DNA of 64,000 bases from Octopus sinensis (Eukaryota): contig NC_043021.1 in assembly GCF_006345805.1 (NCBI RefSeq), positions 18,476,001-18,540,000 on the forward strand, given 5' to 3'. Made by a program: the position numbers and the translations under genes. Positions within the stretch are counted from its first letter, which is position 1. Each line of letters begins with the position of its first letter. Of the stretch, positions 42,853 through 54,232 are shown one piece after another. Under the pieces are notes generated by a model that worked only from the letters and a program-made list of their open reading frames with translations, ran no database searches and was not told where the DNA came from.

Positions 42853-42915
<63 letters not shown>

Positions 42916-43414
42916 GCTACATGGCAGTGAAACATGGGCTGTGACAGCTGAGGACATGCATAGGCTGAGAGAAATGGCACTTAAAAAAGACAGCATTTGA
43001 GCGTGGCCGTTGCCAGTAGTGCCTGACTGGCCCCCATGCCAGTGGCACGTAAAAAGCACCCACTACACTCTCGGAGTGGTTGGCGTTAGGAAGGGCATCC
43101 AGCTGTAGAAACTTTGCCAGATCAAGATTGAAGCCTGGTGCAGCCATCTGGTTTGCCAGTCCTCAGTGAAATTGTCCAACCCATGCTAGCATGGGTTGGA
43201 CAATTAAATGATGATGTATTATATTATATATATATATATATACACACATGTATGTATTATATATATGTATATATATGCATGTATTATATTATGTATATAT
43301 ATGTATGTATTATATATGTATATATATATATGTATGTATTATATATGTATATATATATATATTATTAGTGAATTGAAGAAATGGAGTTGAACGAAGATTG
43401 AACAGAAATTGTTT

Positions 43415-43507
43415 TATTTCATTCTACACGTGTTTCGAAAGGCACAATTTACCAAATCCCGATTGAATAATGAGACCATATTGTGTCTTTCTCTTCAGGA
43501 AGAAATA
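43415..43507 (-). ncRNA. Type I hammerhead ribozyme motif, canonical core, Penelope-like-element type
   Basis: Minus strand: stem I uauuucuuc / gaa(u)gaaaua; core CUGAAGA; stem II gaaag-a-cacaau / auugug-c-cuuuc; GAAA; C-ACGU-G stem III with palindromic loop; GUA triplet; AAUAAA directly downstream. Confidence 0.8.
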
Positions 43508-44339
43508 GGAAATCCGTTGGAAAAAACAAAAACAGAACAGAGGCGGAGCAAAACAAATCGAACTAGGCTCCTAAGAGCCCATGGCCAAACTGTTTGGCCT
43601 TTCGAAACACGTGTAGAATGAAATAAAACGATTTCTGTTCAATCTTCGTTCAACTCCATTTCTTCAATTCACTAATAATATTAAAATTCAATTATCCGCA
43701 CCAACGCACGGTTGCAACACCATATGGTTGTACCTCCAACCGTGCTGTCTTCTGCTGTGATTTTTGCTACCAAGGTATCGGTTAAACTTTTGATTAATCT
43801 GCAACAAGATTATTCATCTTTCTATTTCACATAATATATATATATATATATATATGTATGTATTATATATGTGTATTATATAATATGTATTATATTTATA
43901 TATATGATGTGTATTATATTTCATATATATATGTGTATTATATTTTATATATAATATATATATATATTATTTATGATATATATGATTGAAAACAAAGAGT
44001 AGAGTGGAGATTTATTCACATCCAAAACTTTTTATTAAAAAAAGTTTTCTCCAGCATTTATAACAATGTCCAACTTACGTTTCAACTGCAGCAACTGCAC
44101 ATTGCTCTGTCTGCAATTATGCATCATAGTCACTGCAATTTCATCGAGGGTCCATTACTTACGGCGTTTTTAAAGTGAACTAATTCAAACAAGCTTCCTG
44201 TGTTGATATTCAGTTGATGGTGATAGCATTACTTTTTAAATGGAATTGAATTCTGGTCTCATAATCACCTCTACTGGTATTACAGTTGAATCATGGTTTA
44301 TTAAATATATATATTTCATATATATATATATATATATAT

Positions 44340-44592
44340 CCCGCTCTCTTTAACATTACACCAAAACACATTAAAACAGAAACTGACCCTATAGGGTTCA
44401 AGAAGTCTTGGACAGATTCCTTCAAGAAATCGGATAAACCCCCTACACCCGGATATGTCTCTGTAAACAATAACTCTCTACTTGAGTGGGCCATAGTGCC
44501 CAAATTCTGACTTGAAAGACTTCACCAGGTGGTGCTATTAAGTTGACAGGGCCTGGCCAATAATGGCCGAAACCTATCAAAGTATCAAAGTA
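44340..44592 (+). mobile_element. Short LINE 3' end, related to 51330-51845
   Basis: PALFNITPKHIK...KPPTPGYVSVNNNSLLEW* then (atcaaagt)2 tail. Confidence 0.6.
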
Positions 44593-44637
44593 TATATACG
44601 TGATATACGTATTATATTTATTTATATATATATATAT

Positions 44638-45055
44638 AGCGCAGGAGTGGTGTGTGGTAAGTAGCTTGTTTACCAACTACATGGTTCCGGGTTCAGTCCC
44701 ACTGCGTGGCACCTTGGGCAAGTGTCTTCTTCTTCTACTATAGCCTCTTCCGACCAAAACCTTGTGAGTGGATTTGGTAGACGGAAACTGAAAAGAAGCC
44801 CGTCGTATATATGTATATATATATAATATATGCGTGTGTGTGTTGTGTGTTCTGTGTTTGTCCCCCCCTCGCATTGCTTGACAACCGATGCTGGTGTGTT
44901 TATGTCCCGTTACTTAGCGGTTCGGCAAAAGAGGCCGATAGAATAAGTACTGTGCTTACAAAAGAATAAGTCCCAGGGTCGAGTTGCTCGATTAAAGGCC
45001 GTGCTCCAGCATGGCCACAGTCAAATGACTGAAACTAGTAAAAGAGTAAAGAGTA
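44638..45055 (+). mobile_element. SINE family A, full length
   Basis: Same head, body and tail as 23361-23773. Confidence 0.85.
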
Positions 45056-45727
45056 TATGTATATAAGAGAGAGACAGATATTCTCCTTATAGAATACACA
45101 TGGTAGTGCTCAAGAGATTTAAGCTCGTATGGGAATAGGGGTAAGAGTACGGACAAGCAAGTTAGGCAAGTTTATATATACAAAAAATATCAAATGCAAT
45201 TCATACAAACAAATGCACAAATGTTTACTTATAAAAAAAGTCTGACTTACACAGAACAGAAATGATATCAGGAATTAAAGGGATTTGTATATATGTATTA
45301 TATTTTGTATATATATATATATATCATCACTAATCATTTAACGTCCGTTGTCATTGCTGGATGGTTTGACCAGGGCTGGTAAGCTGGAAAGCTGCACTAG
45401 ACTCCAGTCTGATTTGGCATGGTTTTCCATGGCTAGATGCCCTTCCTAACGCCAACCACTCCAAGTGTGTGATGGGTGCTTTTATGTGCCACCAGCATGG
45501 GTGCCGTTTTTGTGACACAAAAGATATATATATATATATATATATCTTACATATATATATTCACATGTAAAAGCACCCATTACACTTTCAGAGTGGTTAG
45601 CTTTATGAAGGGCATCCAGCCATGGAAAACCATGCCAAATCAAACTGAAGTCTGCTGCCCTGGTCAACCATCCAACTCATTTCAACATGTACAACGGATG
45701 TTAGATGATGATGATGATATATATATA

Positions 45728-46985
45728 CAGAAGTTGGACAAAATAATGGAAACACCTAGCATCATAGCATCATAATTTTAGAATATCTATAAAACCGTCA
45801 ACGGCTGGTTTGTTTTATGTTTTTTTTTTTATTTATTATTAGTGTTGCTTAATATGTTTTGCTAAAATTGCTGTTTATTTTCAGATATCATCGGAATAAA
45901 GTAATTAAAATTCATTAAAATGACAGATCTATCAGACTTTCTAAGAGGTCAAATTGTTGGTGTTCATATGGCAGGTACTAGTGTAATGAAAACAGCTGAA
46001 ATGTTTGGTGTATCAAGAAGTACTGTCTTGAAAGTAATGACAGCCTTTGAGAAAGAGGGAAAAACCTCCTCGTGGAAACAAAACTCCAGAAGAAAACCAA
46101 ATCTTTCAGATAGGTACTGTCGGACTCATACGCGAATTGGTAGAAAGGATCACAAAAGTACAGCTCCCAAGATTACTGCAGATCTTAATGACCACCTCGA
46201 GAACCCAGTTTCCACAAAAACTGTTCACCGGGAGCTGTGCAAGGCCGGATTTCACAGATTTCAGAAAACCACTAGTTACAAAAACAAACGTTGCAAAGCA
46301 TTTAGAGTGGAGTAAAAACCTACAGAATTGATCCCTAGAACAGTGGAAGAATGTTATTTTCCCAGACGAGTCGTCCTTTACCTTATTTCCAACCACTGGC
46401 TGAGTATATGTGTGGAGACATCCAAAAGAAGCATTTGACCCAGACTGCCTTCTTCCAACTGTTAAACATGGAGGAGAATCTGTGATGATCTGGGGAGGGG
46501 GGGTCTATATCTTGGAAATCCACCAGCCCAATGGTTTCCCTTCGTGGCAGAATTAATAGTCAAGACTATTTAAGCATTTTATCTGATCAAATTCATCCTA
46601 TGTTTGCGGAACTGATTCCAGAGGGAAATGCAATCTTTCAGGATGATAATGCACCAATTCACACAGCTAAAGTTGTTATTGAATGGCACGAGGAACATTC
46701 TAATGAATTTGAACATCTTATCTGGCCACCATAGTCCCCAGATCTCAATATTAGTGAACATTTATGGTGCATTTTATAAAAATAAGTAATGAGTTGATAT
46801 CCTCCACCATCATTACTACAAGAACTGGAGACTGTTTTAGCTGAAGAATGGACAAAAATTCCTTTGGAAACAATTCAAACTTTGTACAAGTCCATACCTT
46901 GTAGAATTCAAGCTGTAATTACTGACAAAGGCAGTCCTAACCCATATTAGAATAAATTTGCTTGAAATTTTAAGGTGTCCAACCC
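45728..46985 (+). mobile_element. Decayed Tc1/mariner transposon, DD36E (Incomer-like) spacing
   Basis: TA then left TIR cagaagttggacaaaataatggaaacacc; transposase MTDLSDFLRGQIVG...VIFPDESSF...FQDDNAPIH...WPP*SPDLNISEHLW with frameshifts and stops; right TIR partly deleted (ggtgt/ccaaccc). Confidence 0.9.
45920..46945 (+). pseudogene. Tc1-family transposase pseudogene
   Basis: HTH N-terminus in ORF 45920-46315, DDE motifs in later frames; in-frame TGA/TAG stops. End coordinate approximate. Confidence 0.85.
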
Positions 46986-46987
46986 AT

Positions 46988-47848
46988 TTGCTTACCAACC
47001 ACATGGTTCCGGGTTCAGTCCCACTGCATGGCATCTTGGGCAAGTGTCTTCTGCTATAGCCCCGGGCCGACCAATGCCTTGTGAGTGGATTTGGTAGACG
47101 GAAACTGAAAGAAGCCTGTCGTATATATGTATATATATATGTGTGTGTGTGTTTGTGTGTTTGTGTTTGTCCCCCTAGCATTGCTTGACAACCGATGCTG
47201 GTGTGTTTACGTCCCCGTTACTTAGCGGTTCGGCAAAAGAGACCGATAGAATAAGTACTGGGCTTACAAAGAATAAGTCCCGGGGTCGATTTGCTCGACT
47301 AAAGGCGGTGCTCCAGCATGGCCGCAGTCAAATGACTGAAACGCATAAATGAATTAACGAATATATATATATGTATGTATTATATTTTATATATATATAT
47401 ATGCATTATAGTTTATATATATACATGTGTATAGGCGTAGGAGTGGCTGTGTGGTATGTAGCTTGCTTACCGACCACATGGTTCAGGGTTCATTCCCACT
47501 GCATGGCACCTTGGGCAAGTGTCTTCTACTTTAGCCTCAGGTCGACCAAAGCCTTGTGAGTGGATGTGGTAGACGGAAACTGAAAGAAGCCCGTCGTATG
47601 TATGTATATATATATGTATGTGTGTGTATATGTTTGTGTGTCTGTGTTTGTCCTCCCATCATCGCTTGACAACCGATGCTGGTGTGTTTACATCCCCGTG
47701 ACTTAGCGGTTCGGCAAAAGAGACCGATAGAATAAGTACTAGGCTTACAAAGAATAAGTCCTGGGGTCGATTTGCTCGACTAAAGGTGGTGCTCCAGCAT
47801 GGCCACAGTCAAATGACTGAAACAAGTAAAAGAGTAAAGAGTAAGAGT
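46988..47848 (+). mobile_element. Two adjacent SINE A copies (5'-truncated 46988-47350; full 47434-47848)
   Basis: Both match family A; the first abuts the damaged right TIR of the Tc1 element. Confidence 0.85.
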
Positions 47849-48139
47849 ATGTATTTATGTATTATATTTTATATATATATATATATATAATGTATTACAG
47901 TTTAGATATATATATATATATATATATATTTAGTGGAGACTTTTTATTAGTAGAGGAAATAGTGATCAATTTTGGCTGCTATTTCTAATATTTTCGGTAT
48001 GTGGTTTTGAGCAACTTGTTGCAATTAACCCTTAATTATAATTATTATGACCCTTACCAAATATGGTCTTTTCCATACCGATAAATCTACTAGGTGAAAT
48101 TTATTAATTTTATTAAATTAATGATATTCCACCCTTTTT

Positions 48140-48175
<36 letters not shown>

Positions 48176-48478
48176 GTATTACAGTTTAGATATATATATA
48201 TATATAATGTATATGTTTTATATAGACCAAAAATGTTTTTGAAGAAGAAGAGATCTGCAGTGTTCTGCATGGTTGGCATAATTCATGAACTGGAGAATGG
48301 CAGAGAAAACGCTTCATCCCCAAAATGGCAGAGTGGTGTGAGACGAAAGAACGAAGGCGGAGAACAAAGAACCCAGTGAGTAATAAAAGAGTGAGTAGGG
48401 AAACCAAATCGTTTCTACCTAATTAGAGACAAGCTATCCCCTGCATTCAGTTTGGTGGGGTGGTTGCATAGGTAAAAA

Positions 48479-48710
48479 GGCGGCGAGCTTGGCAGAAACG
48501 TTAGCATGCCGGGCAAAATGCCTAGCCGCATTTCGTCTGCCGTTACGTTCTGAGTTCAAATTCCGCCGAGGTCGACTTTGCCTTTCATCCTTTCGGGGTC
48601 GATTAAATAAGTACCAGTTATGCACTGGGGTCGATATAATCGACTTAATCCGTTTGTCTGTCCTTGTTTGTCCCCTCTGTGTTTAGCCCCTTGTGGGTAG
48701 TAAAGAAATA
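48479..48710 (+). mobile_element. SINE family B, young copy
   Basis: B box gagttcaaattcc, central gtcgactttgcctttcatcctttcggggtcga domain, aaagaaata tail; perfect 15-bp TSD ggttgcataggtaaa (48462-48476, 48711-48725). Confidence 0.9.
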
Positions 48711-49897
48711 GGTTGCATAGGTAAAGCTTCTGAAATGTTAGTGTGGTTACAGTCACAGGGAAAAACCATGCTGCAGCATGGGCCAAAAGAATGTGTGTTA
48801 AATATATGCTTAGTAATATTATTGACTAAAATTTTGTGGATTATTGGGTGATGGTTGCTGTTTATAATATATTTAATAAAAAATAATGTAGGAGTGGCTG
48901 TGTGGTAAGTAGCTTGCTTACCAACCACATGGTTCTGGGTTCAGTCCCACTGCGTGGCACCTTGGGAAAGTGTCCTCTACTATGGCCTCAGGCCGATCAA
49001 AGCCTTGTGAGTGGTATTTGGTATATGGAAACTGAGAGAAGCCCATCACACAAATATATATATAGACACATATATATCATCATCATCATCATCATCATCG
49101 TTTAACGTCCGTTTTCCACTCTAGCATGTGTTGGACGGTTCGACCGGGGTCTGGGAAGCCAGGAGCTGCACCAGGCTCCAGTCTGATCTGGCAGAGTTTC
49201 TACAGCTGGATGCCCTTCCTAATGCCAACCACTCCGCGAGTGTAGTGGGTGCTTTTTACGTGCCACCTGCACAGGTGCCAGGGTCCGGCATCGGCCACGA
49301 TCGGTTGGAGCTTTTAACATGCCACCAGCACGGTAGCCAGCTAAGGCGGCACTATATATATATATATATATATATACTCACACATACATGTGTATGTGTC
49401 TGTGTTTGTGCCCCCATCACTGCTTGACAACTGATGTTAGAGTGTTTACATCCCCGTAACTTAGCAGTTCAGCAAAATAGACTGATAGAATAAGTACCAA
49501 GCTTAAAAAAATAAGCTCTGGGATCAATTTGCCCAACCAAAAAACCCTCCTCAGGGCAGTGCTCCAGCATGGCCACAGTCAAATGACTGAAACATGTAAA
49601 TAACAACAAATAAGATGGAATAATTTAATAAACGAAGATGTCCAATCAATAACAACAACATCCATAATTTTTCTTGGTTACAATTTCATTTTCAAATTAT
49701 CCCACCTGTTGACACTAAAAGGTAATATATTTATCTCCATTTAAAAATGGATGTTGTATTAGAATGTAGAATGCTGTGCTATTTAACCCGAGAGGACTCC
49801 TTTCATATGAACTCAGGATGCATAAAAGCACTCATATTTATATCGTTAAAGATTAGAACCGTTTTCTATGTCCGCTGGAGCTGGTAGATCACGAACC

Positions 49898-50222
49898 TAT
49901 TTCTTTATTACCCACAAGGGGCTAAACACAGAGGGGACAAACAAGGACAGACATAGGTATTAAGTCAATTACATCGACCCTAGTGTGTAACTGGTACTTA
50001 ATTTATCGACCCCCACAAGGATGAAAGGCAAAGTCGACCTTGGCGGAATTTGAACTCACAACGTAACGGCAGACGAAATACCTATTTCTTTATTACTCAC
50101 AAGGGGCTAAACACAGAGGGGACAAACAAGGACAGACATAGGTATTAAGTCAATTACATCGACCCCAATGCGTAACTGGTACTTAATTTATCGACCCCGA
50201 AAGGATGAAAGGCAAAGTCGAC
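49898..50222 (-). mobile_element. Head-to-tail dimer of 5'-truncated SINE B
   Basis: Two units joined tail to internal site; 17-bp TSD ctggtagat(c/t)ac(g/a)aacc. Confidence 0.85.
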
Positions 50223-50571
50223 CTGGTAGATTACAAACCGTTTTGGTCTCCTCAGTGGCAGATGTCCGGTAGCGCCATAACAGCCAGGTCTCTCTTTCCA
50301 CCATATTTAGAATTTCAGTGTCCATTCAGACAATGATGTCGCAAATGGCCAGCGGACTTTTTTAAAAGAAAGATTATTAGCAGCAAAAACCAGTATTAAT
50401 ACTCAAAATGCAATCTTTATATCCATCTTGATGTGGACGTTATTTTAGAACACAGAATAACGCGGTAGTTACCATTTGCACCGAAAGCCAATGTGAGAGT
50501 TTCTCTCGTAACTAACGTAGTATTTTGTGTTCTTATACAACATTCACTTTGAAGTGGTGATAAATATTACC

Positions 50572-50609
<38 letters not shown>

Positions 50610-50632
50610 GGTTTGTGAAAGCACGTGGTTGA

Positions 50633-50898
50633 ATATATAGAAAATAGTAAAAAGTGAAAAAACTACAGAAGGCTTGTTTTAAAAGGTTAAAGAATATATA
50701 TTTGAGTCAATATGTCTGAAGAATATTATAAATTTTTTTCTTACAATGACATAGTTTAGAAGAAATTTCTTCTAAACTATGTCATTGTAAGAAAAAAATT
50801 TATAATATTCTTCAGACATATTGACTCAAATATATATTCTTTAACCTTTTAAAACAAGCCTTCTGTAGTTTTTTCACCTTTTACTATTTTCTATATAT
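50633..50898. repeat. 266-bp spacerless palindrome
   Basis: 133-bp arms centred at 50765/50766, one mismatch. Confidence 0.95.
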
Positions 50899-50911
50899 AT
50901 ATATATATATA

Positions 50912-51090
50912 TAAACAATTGCAGCGTAGAAGGTGTTTGTAAGCCATTTAAGAAACACACAAAAACCGTTCGATTCACTTCAACATTTAAGTTTAATTTG
51001 TCAAAATATTTTCGTCGCTAAAATCCGCGACCTGTTCACTGACAAAAATCCGTGCTGCATCTCACTTGCTATGCGAGTACATCTCCGTAA
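50912..51090 (-). mobile_element. Probable Penelope-like pseudo-LTR remnant (family H); second copy ~63568-63760
   Basis: Carries the G3-C8 hammerhead followed by attaaa; its right end (gagtacatctccgtaa) is the reverse complement of the left end of the 63568 copy; both lie in (TA)n. Confidence 0.55.
50997..51046 (-). ncRNA. Minimal type I hammerhead-like motif with G3-C8 core variant
   Basis: Minus strand uuuguca GUGAACA g gucgc ggauuuua gcgac GAAA auauuu ugacaaa: 7-bp stem I, 5-bp stem II, self-complementary AAUAUU stem III. Confidence 0.65.
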
Positions 51091-51197
51091 TATATATATA
51101 TTTTTCATTAAACACATTTTGTAGTAAATACATTTGAAATTTTCCATATTATGTCCTTCACAAAAGAGATTCCTCACAGATGCAACTGTTACTCATG

Positions 51198-51258
<61 letters not shown>

Positions 51259-51329
51259 GTGCGCACAGACACACACACACACACACACACAAAGGTGTCA
51301 TGTTACACGAAACCATCATTAATTTATTA

Positions 51330-51845
51330 ATAGCAGAACTTGAGGCGGTTCAACAAAGATGTTTGCATCAATGGAACAGCTGCGCTACTGGGAGAGACTG
51401 AAAGAGCTCTGGCTCTACTCCCTGGGGTGGGAGAAGACAGGAAAGGTATGCAGTGATATATATGTGAGAGATACTGGAGGGGCTGGCACCACACTTTGGA
51501 ATTGAGGGTTATACCAGACCTCAAAGTGGACGTCACTGCACTGTTCTAAAGTGAGAACCATGTACTGTAATATCTTGGGATTCAAGGGCCCACAGCTGTT
51601 TAATGCCTTGCCAAAGCATCTGAGGGATCTCCATAAAGTGGAGGTAGATGTTTTCAAGAAGCAATTTGACTTCTTGCTATCCAAGATCCCAGATGAACCA
51701 ATATGAAGGCAGGAAACTCAAAAGGGGGCAGCGGTATCGAACTCCCTCCTTCACCAAAACCCAATCGCAAAGAATTGGCCAATTAAAAGGGGATTACACT
51801 GGCGATGCCCCAGCATGGCCACAGCCTCATATAAAAGAATAAATG
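51330..51845 (+). mobile_element. Decayed LINE 3' fragment (CR1/L2 group)
   Basis: YWERLKEL.LYSL, GFKGPQLFNALPKHLRDL, FKKQFDFLLSKIPDEP read across frameshifts. Confidence 0.7.
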
Positions 51846-52288
51846 AATACATACATGTATGTATGTATGTATAAACTGAAATCTAATTGATGTCAAAGGT
51901 AATTAATTATGATCGCATCATTAATTTTTCTGTATTCATCTCCAAATGAAAAATTACTCTCTCATAAGTAATATTTAATCGTTTTTTTCATTAAATATTT
52001 TCATCAGGAATGCTTTTGTTTGTCATTTGATTTTGATTAGGTGTCCTCCTCACTCTGTTTGTTTCTAATTTATCCACATTTAACATACTTTCACGTGTTT
52101 TGTTTTATTTGGTTTATTGCCCCAAAGAGACCCTCCGGTATGAATGTTTTGTGTGTGTAAATAGGACGCAGACGTGTTACATGGGAAAACATTATTTATA
52201 GAAACATAACAATCAATCATGTAATTAATAATTAAACACACACACACATTTATATATCGTTATATGTTTTGTGTGTAAGTAGTATATA

Positions 52289-53523
52289 CACAGACATGAC
52301 AGAAGTAAATAGACACCCCATAAAGCATTGATTTATGTCTATTCTAACTTGTAATGGTTTATATTTTTTTTATTAATTGACATTTTTATGTTTCACGTTC
52401 TATATATGACTGTTTAATTGTGCCTTCTGCAAAAGAGGCCTTGAAACTGTCTGAATTTCAAAGAGGCCATATTGTGGGTCATTTTGAAGGTAGACATAGC
52501 ATAAAATCACTGAAAACCTTGAGATCCTGTTTTCTACAGTTAATAGGTTGACTGTGCAATTCACCAGAGAGGGGAAGGAGTCCACATCAGCTCACCCAGA
52601 TCAACCAGAGTCCTCTGACAGGACCATTTGCTTTGCTAAGAGAAGTGTGGAGGATAATCTTTGTTGCAAGGCCTCTGACATAGCAGAACACATTGATATC
52701 AGTCCCAGAACAGCTGTCAGATATCTCCACGGACTTGGTTACTATGGCAGAGCAGCAGGAAGGAAGCCACTTCTTTGACCAGCCAAGTGGAGAAAAGATT
52801 GGGCCAGTGAGATGATTGGAGAGGCCACTAGCATTTTGGAACACTGTCATATTCTCCGATGAGTCCAGATTTGCTGTATTTCCTGACAGTGGTCAAGTGT
52901 TTGTCTGGAGACTCTGTGATCAAGAATTTGATGTGAAAAGATTGCAGCCAACAATGAAACACGGCAGATATTCTGCAATGGTCTGGGGAGTAATTTGGAG
53001 CAATGGTTGACCAGAGATGGTGGAGTGTGAGGGAAACATAAACTCAGATAAATATATGTGCATTCTGCAGAAAGGACTCCTTCCAATCTTCTCCAATGGT
53101 GAAATGATTAAAGAAGATTCTTTATTTATGGGAAATGGGGCTCCTTGTCACATGGCTAAAATGACTCAAGGTTTGTTGGATGAGGTTCCGTGACCAAGCC
53201 AGTCACCAGGTATGAACCCTATTGAACACTTCTGGGACATAATGGACAGGACACTTCATAAAAAGAACAAGAAAGCATCTTCAAAGCCAGATCTTTTGAG
53301 ATTACTGCATGAAACTTGGCAAGAAATTCCTCAAGAGAATATTTGTCATCTGATCAGTAACAAGCCTAATAGGGTCCTTGCATTGAAAAATGCAATGGGC
53401 ATGTCTGCTATATATTAGATATTCACATTATAACAATTAATATATAATTTGAACGTATTATTTCAGATTTAAATCGAATTTTAATGATTATAAGGGTGTG
53501 TATTTACTTCTGTCATATCTGTG
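52289..53523 (+). mobile_element. Decayed Tc1-like transposon, full length with both TIRs
   Basis: 30-bp TIRs 52289-52318 and 53494-53523 (2 mismatches), TA on both sides; VIFSDESRF, KHG...VWG, GAPCH, SPGMNPIEHFW motifs interrupted by stops, frameshifts and a deletion. Confidence 0.92.
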
Positions 53524-54232
53524 TATATGTATGTGTTTGTTTTTATGTATAGTTGTATATAAAACAATATCATTAATTGAAGACTCACTCAATGACTTTA
53601 ATTAGAGGATCATATATTTTTTTAATTTTACAAGCGAAAAGTTAACAGCAACTTCATAGTTTCACTTTAGTTGCTTTTGTCAGACTAAAAGCTTTTGGAG
53701 TTCCCAAGAATTATCTCTCTATATTTTTTGTTCATCTTGTTGGTGAAGCCGTGTGATTGTGAAGTAAATGTGGTATAACAGTGTCTTTTTGTAACATATC
53801 AAGATATAGCTTTATGGATAGTTTAACTGGATGAGCAGAAATAAGGAGTTTATGGGGAGAAAAGAAGTAATACAATAAGGAAGGAAGTGGAGGAGAATGG
53901 GTTAAAGAAGTTGAAGAAGAAGGCGAGTGTTGATAAGGTGGTGGGAGATTAGTTTTAGCAATTGCAGGTGCCTGAGATAGAGGCTGCAGTGGAGTACGCT
54001 TGTAGTGTACAGTGATGGAGGTGATGGTGTCTACACAGGGGTAGCTAATCTTATCATTATGCACAGGAGTGGCTGTGTGGTAAGTAGCTTGCTAACCAAC
54101 CACATGGTTCCGGGTTCAGTCCCACTGCGTGGCAATCTTGGGCAAGTGTCTTCTGCTATAGCCCCGGGCCGACCAATGCCTTGTGAGAGGATTTGGTAGA
54201 CAGAAACTGAAAGAAGCCTGTCGTATATATGT

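Noticed and set aside
47880-48200. Repeated taatgtattacagtttagat on both sides of ~260 bp
   Set aside because: Embedded in (TA)n with no element termini recognised; could be slippage or assembly overlap.
48226-48380. 48-codon plus-strand ORF between an ag and a gtgagt
   Set aside because: Poor pyrimidine tract, no homology recognised, may be old repeat sequence.
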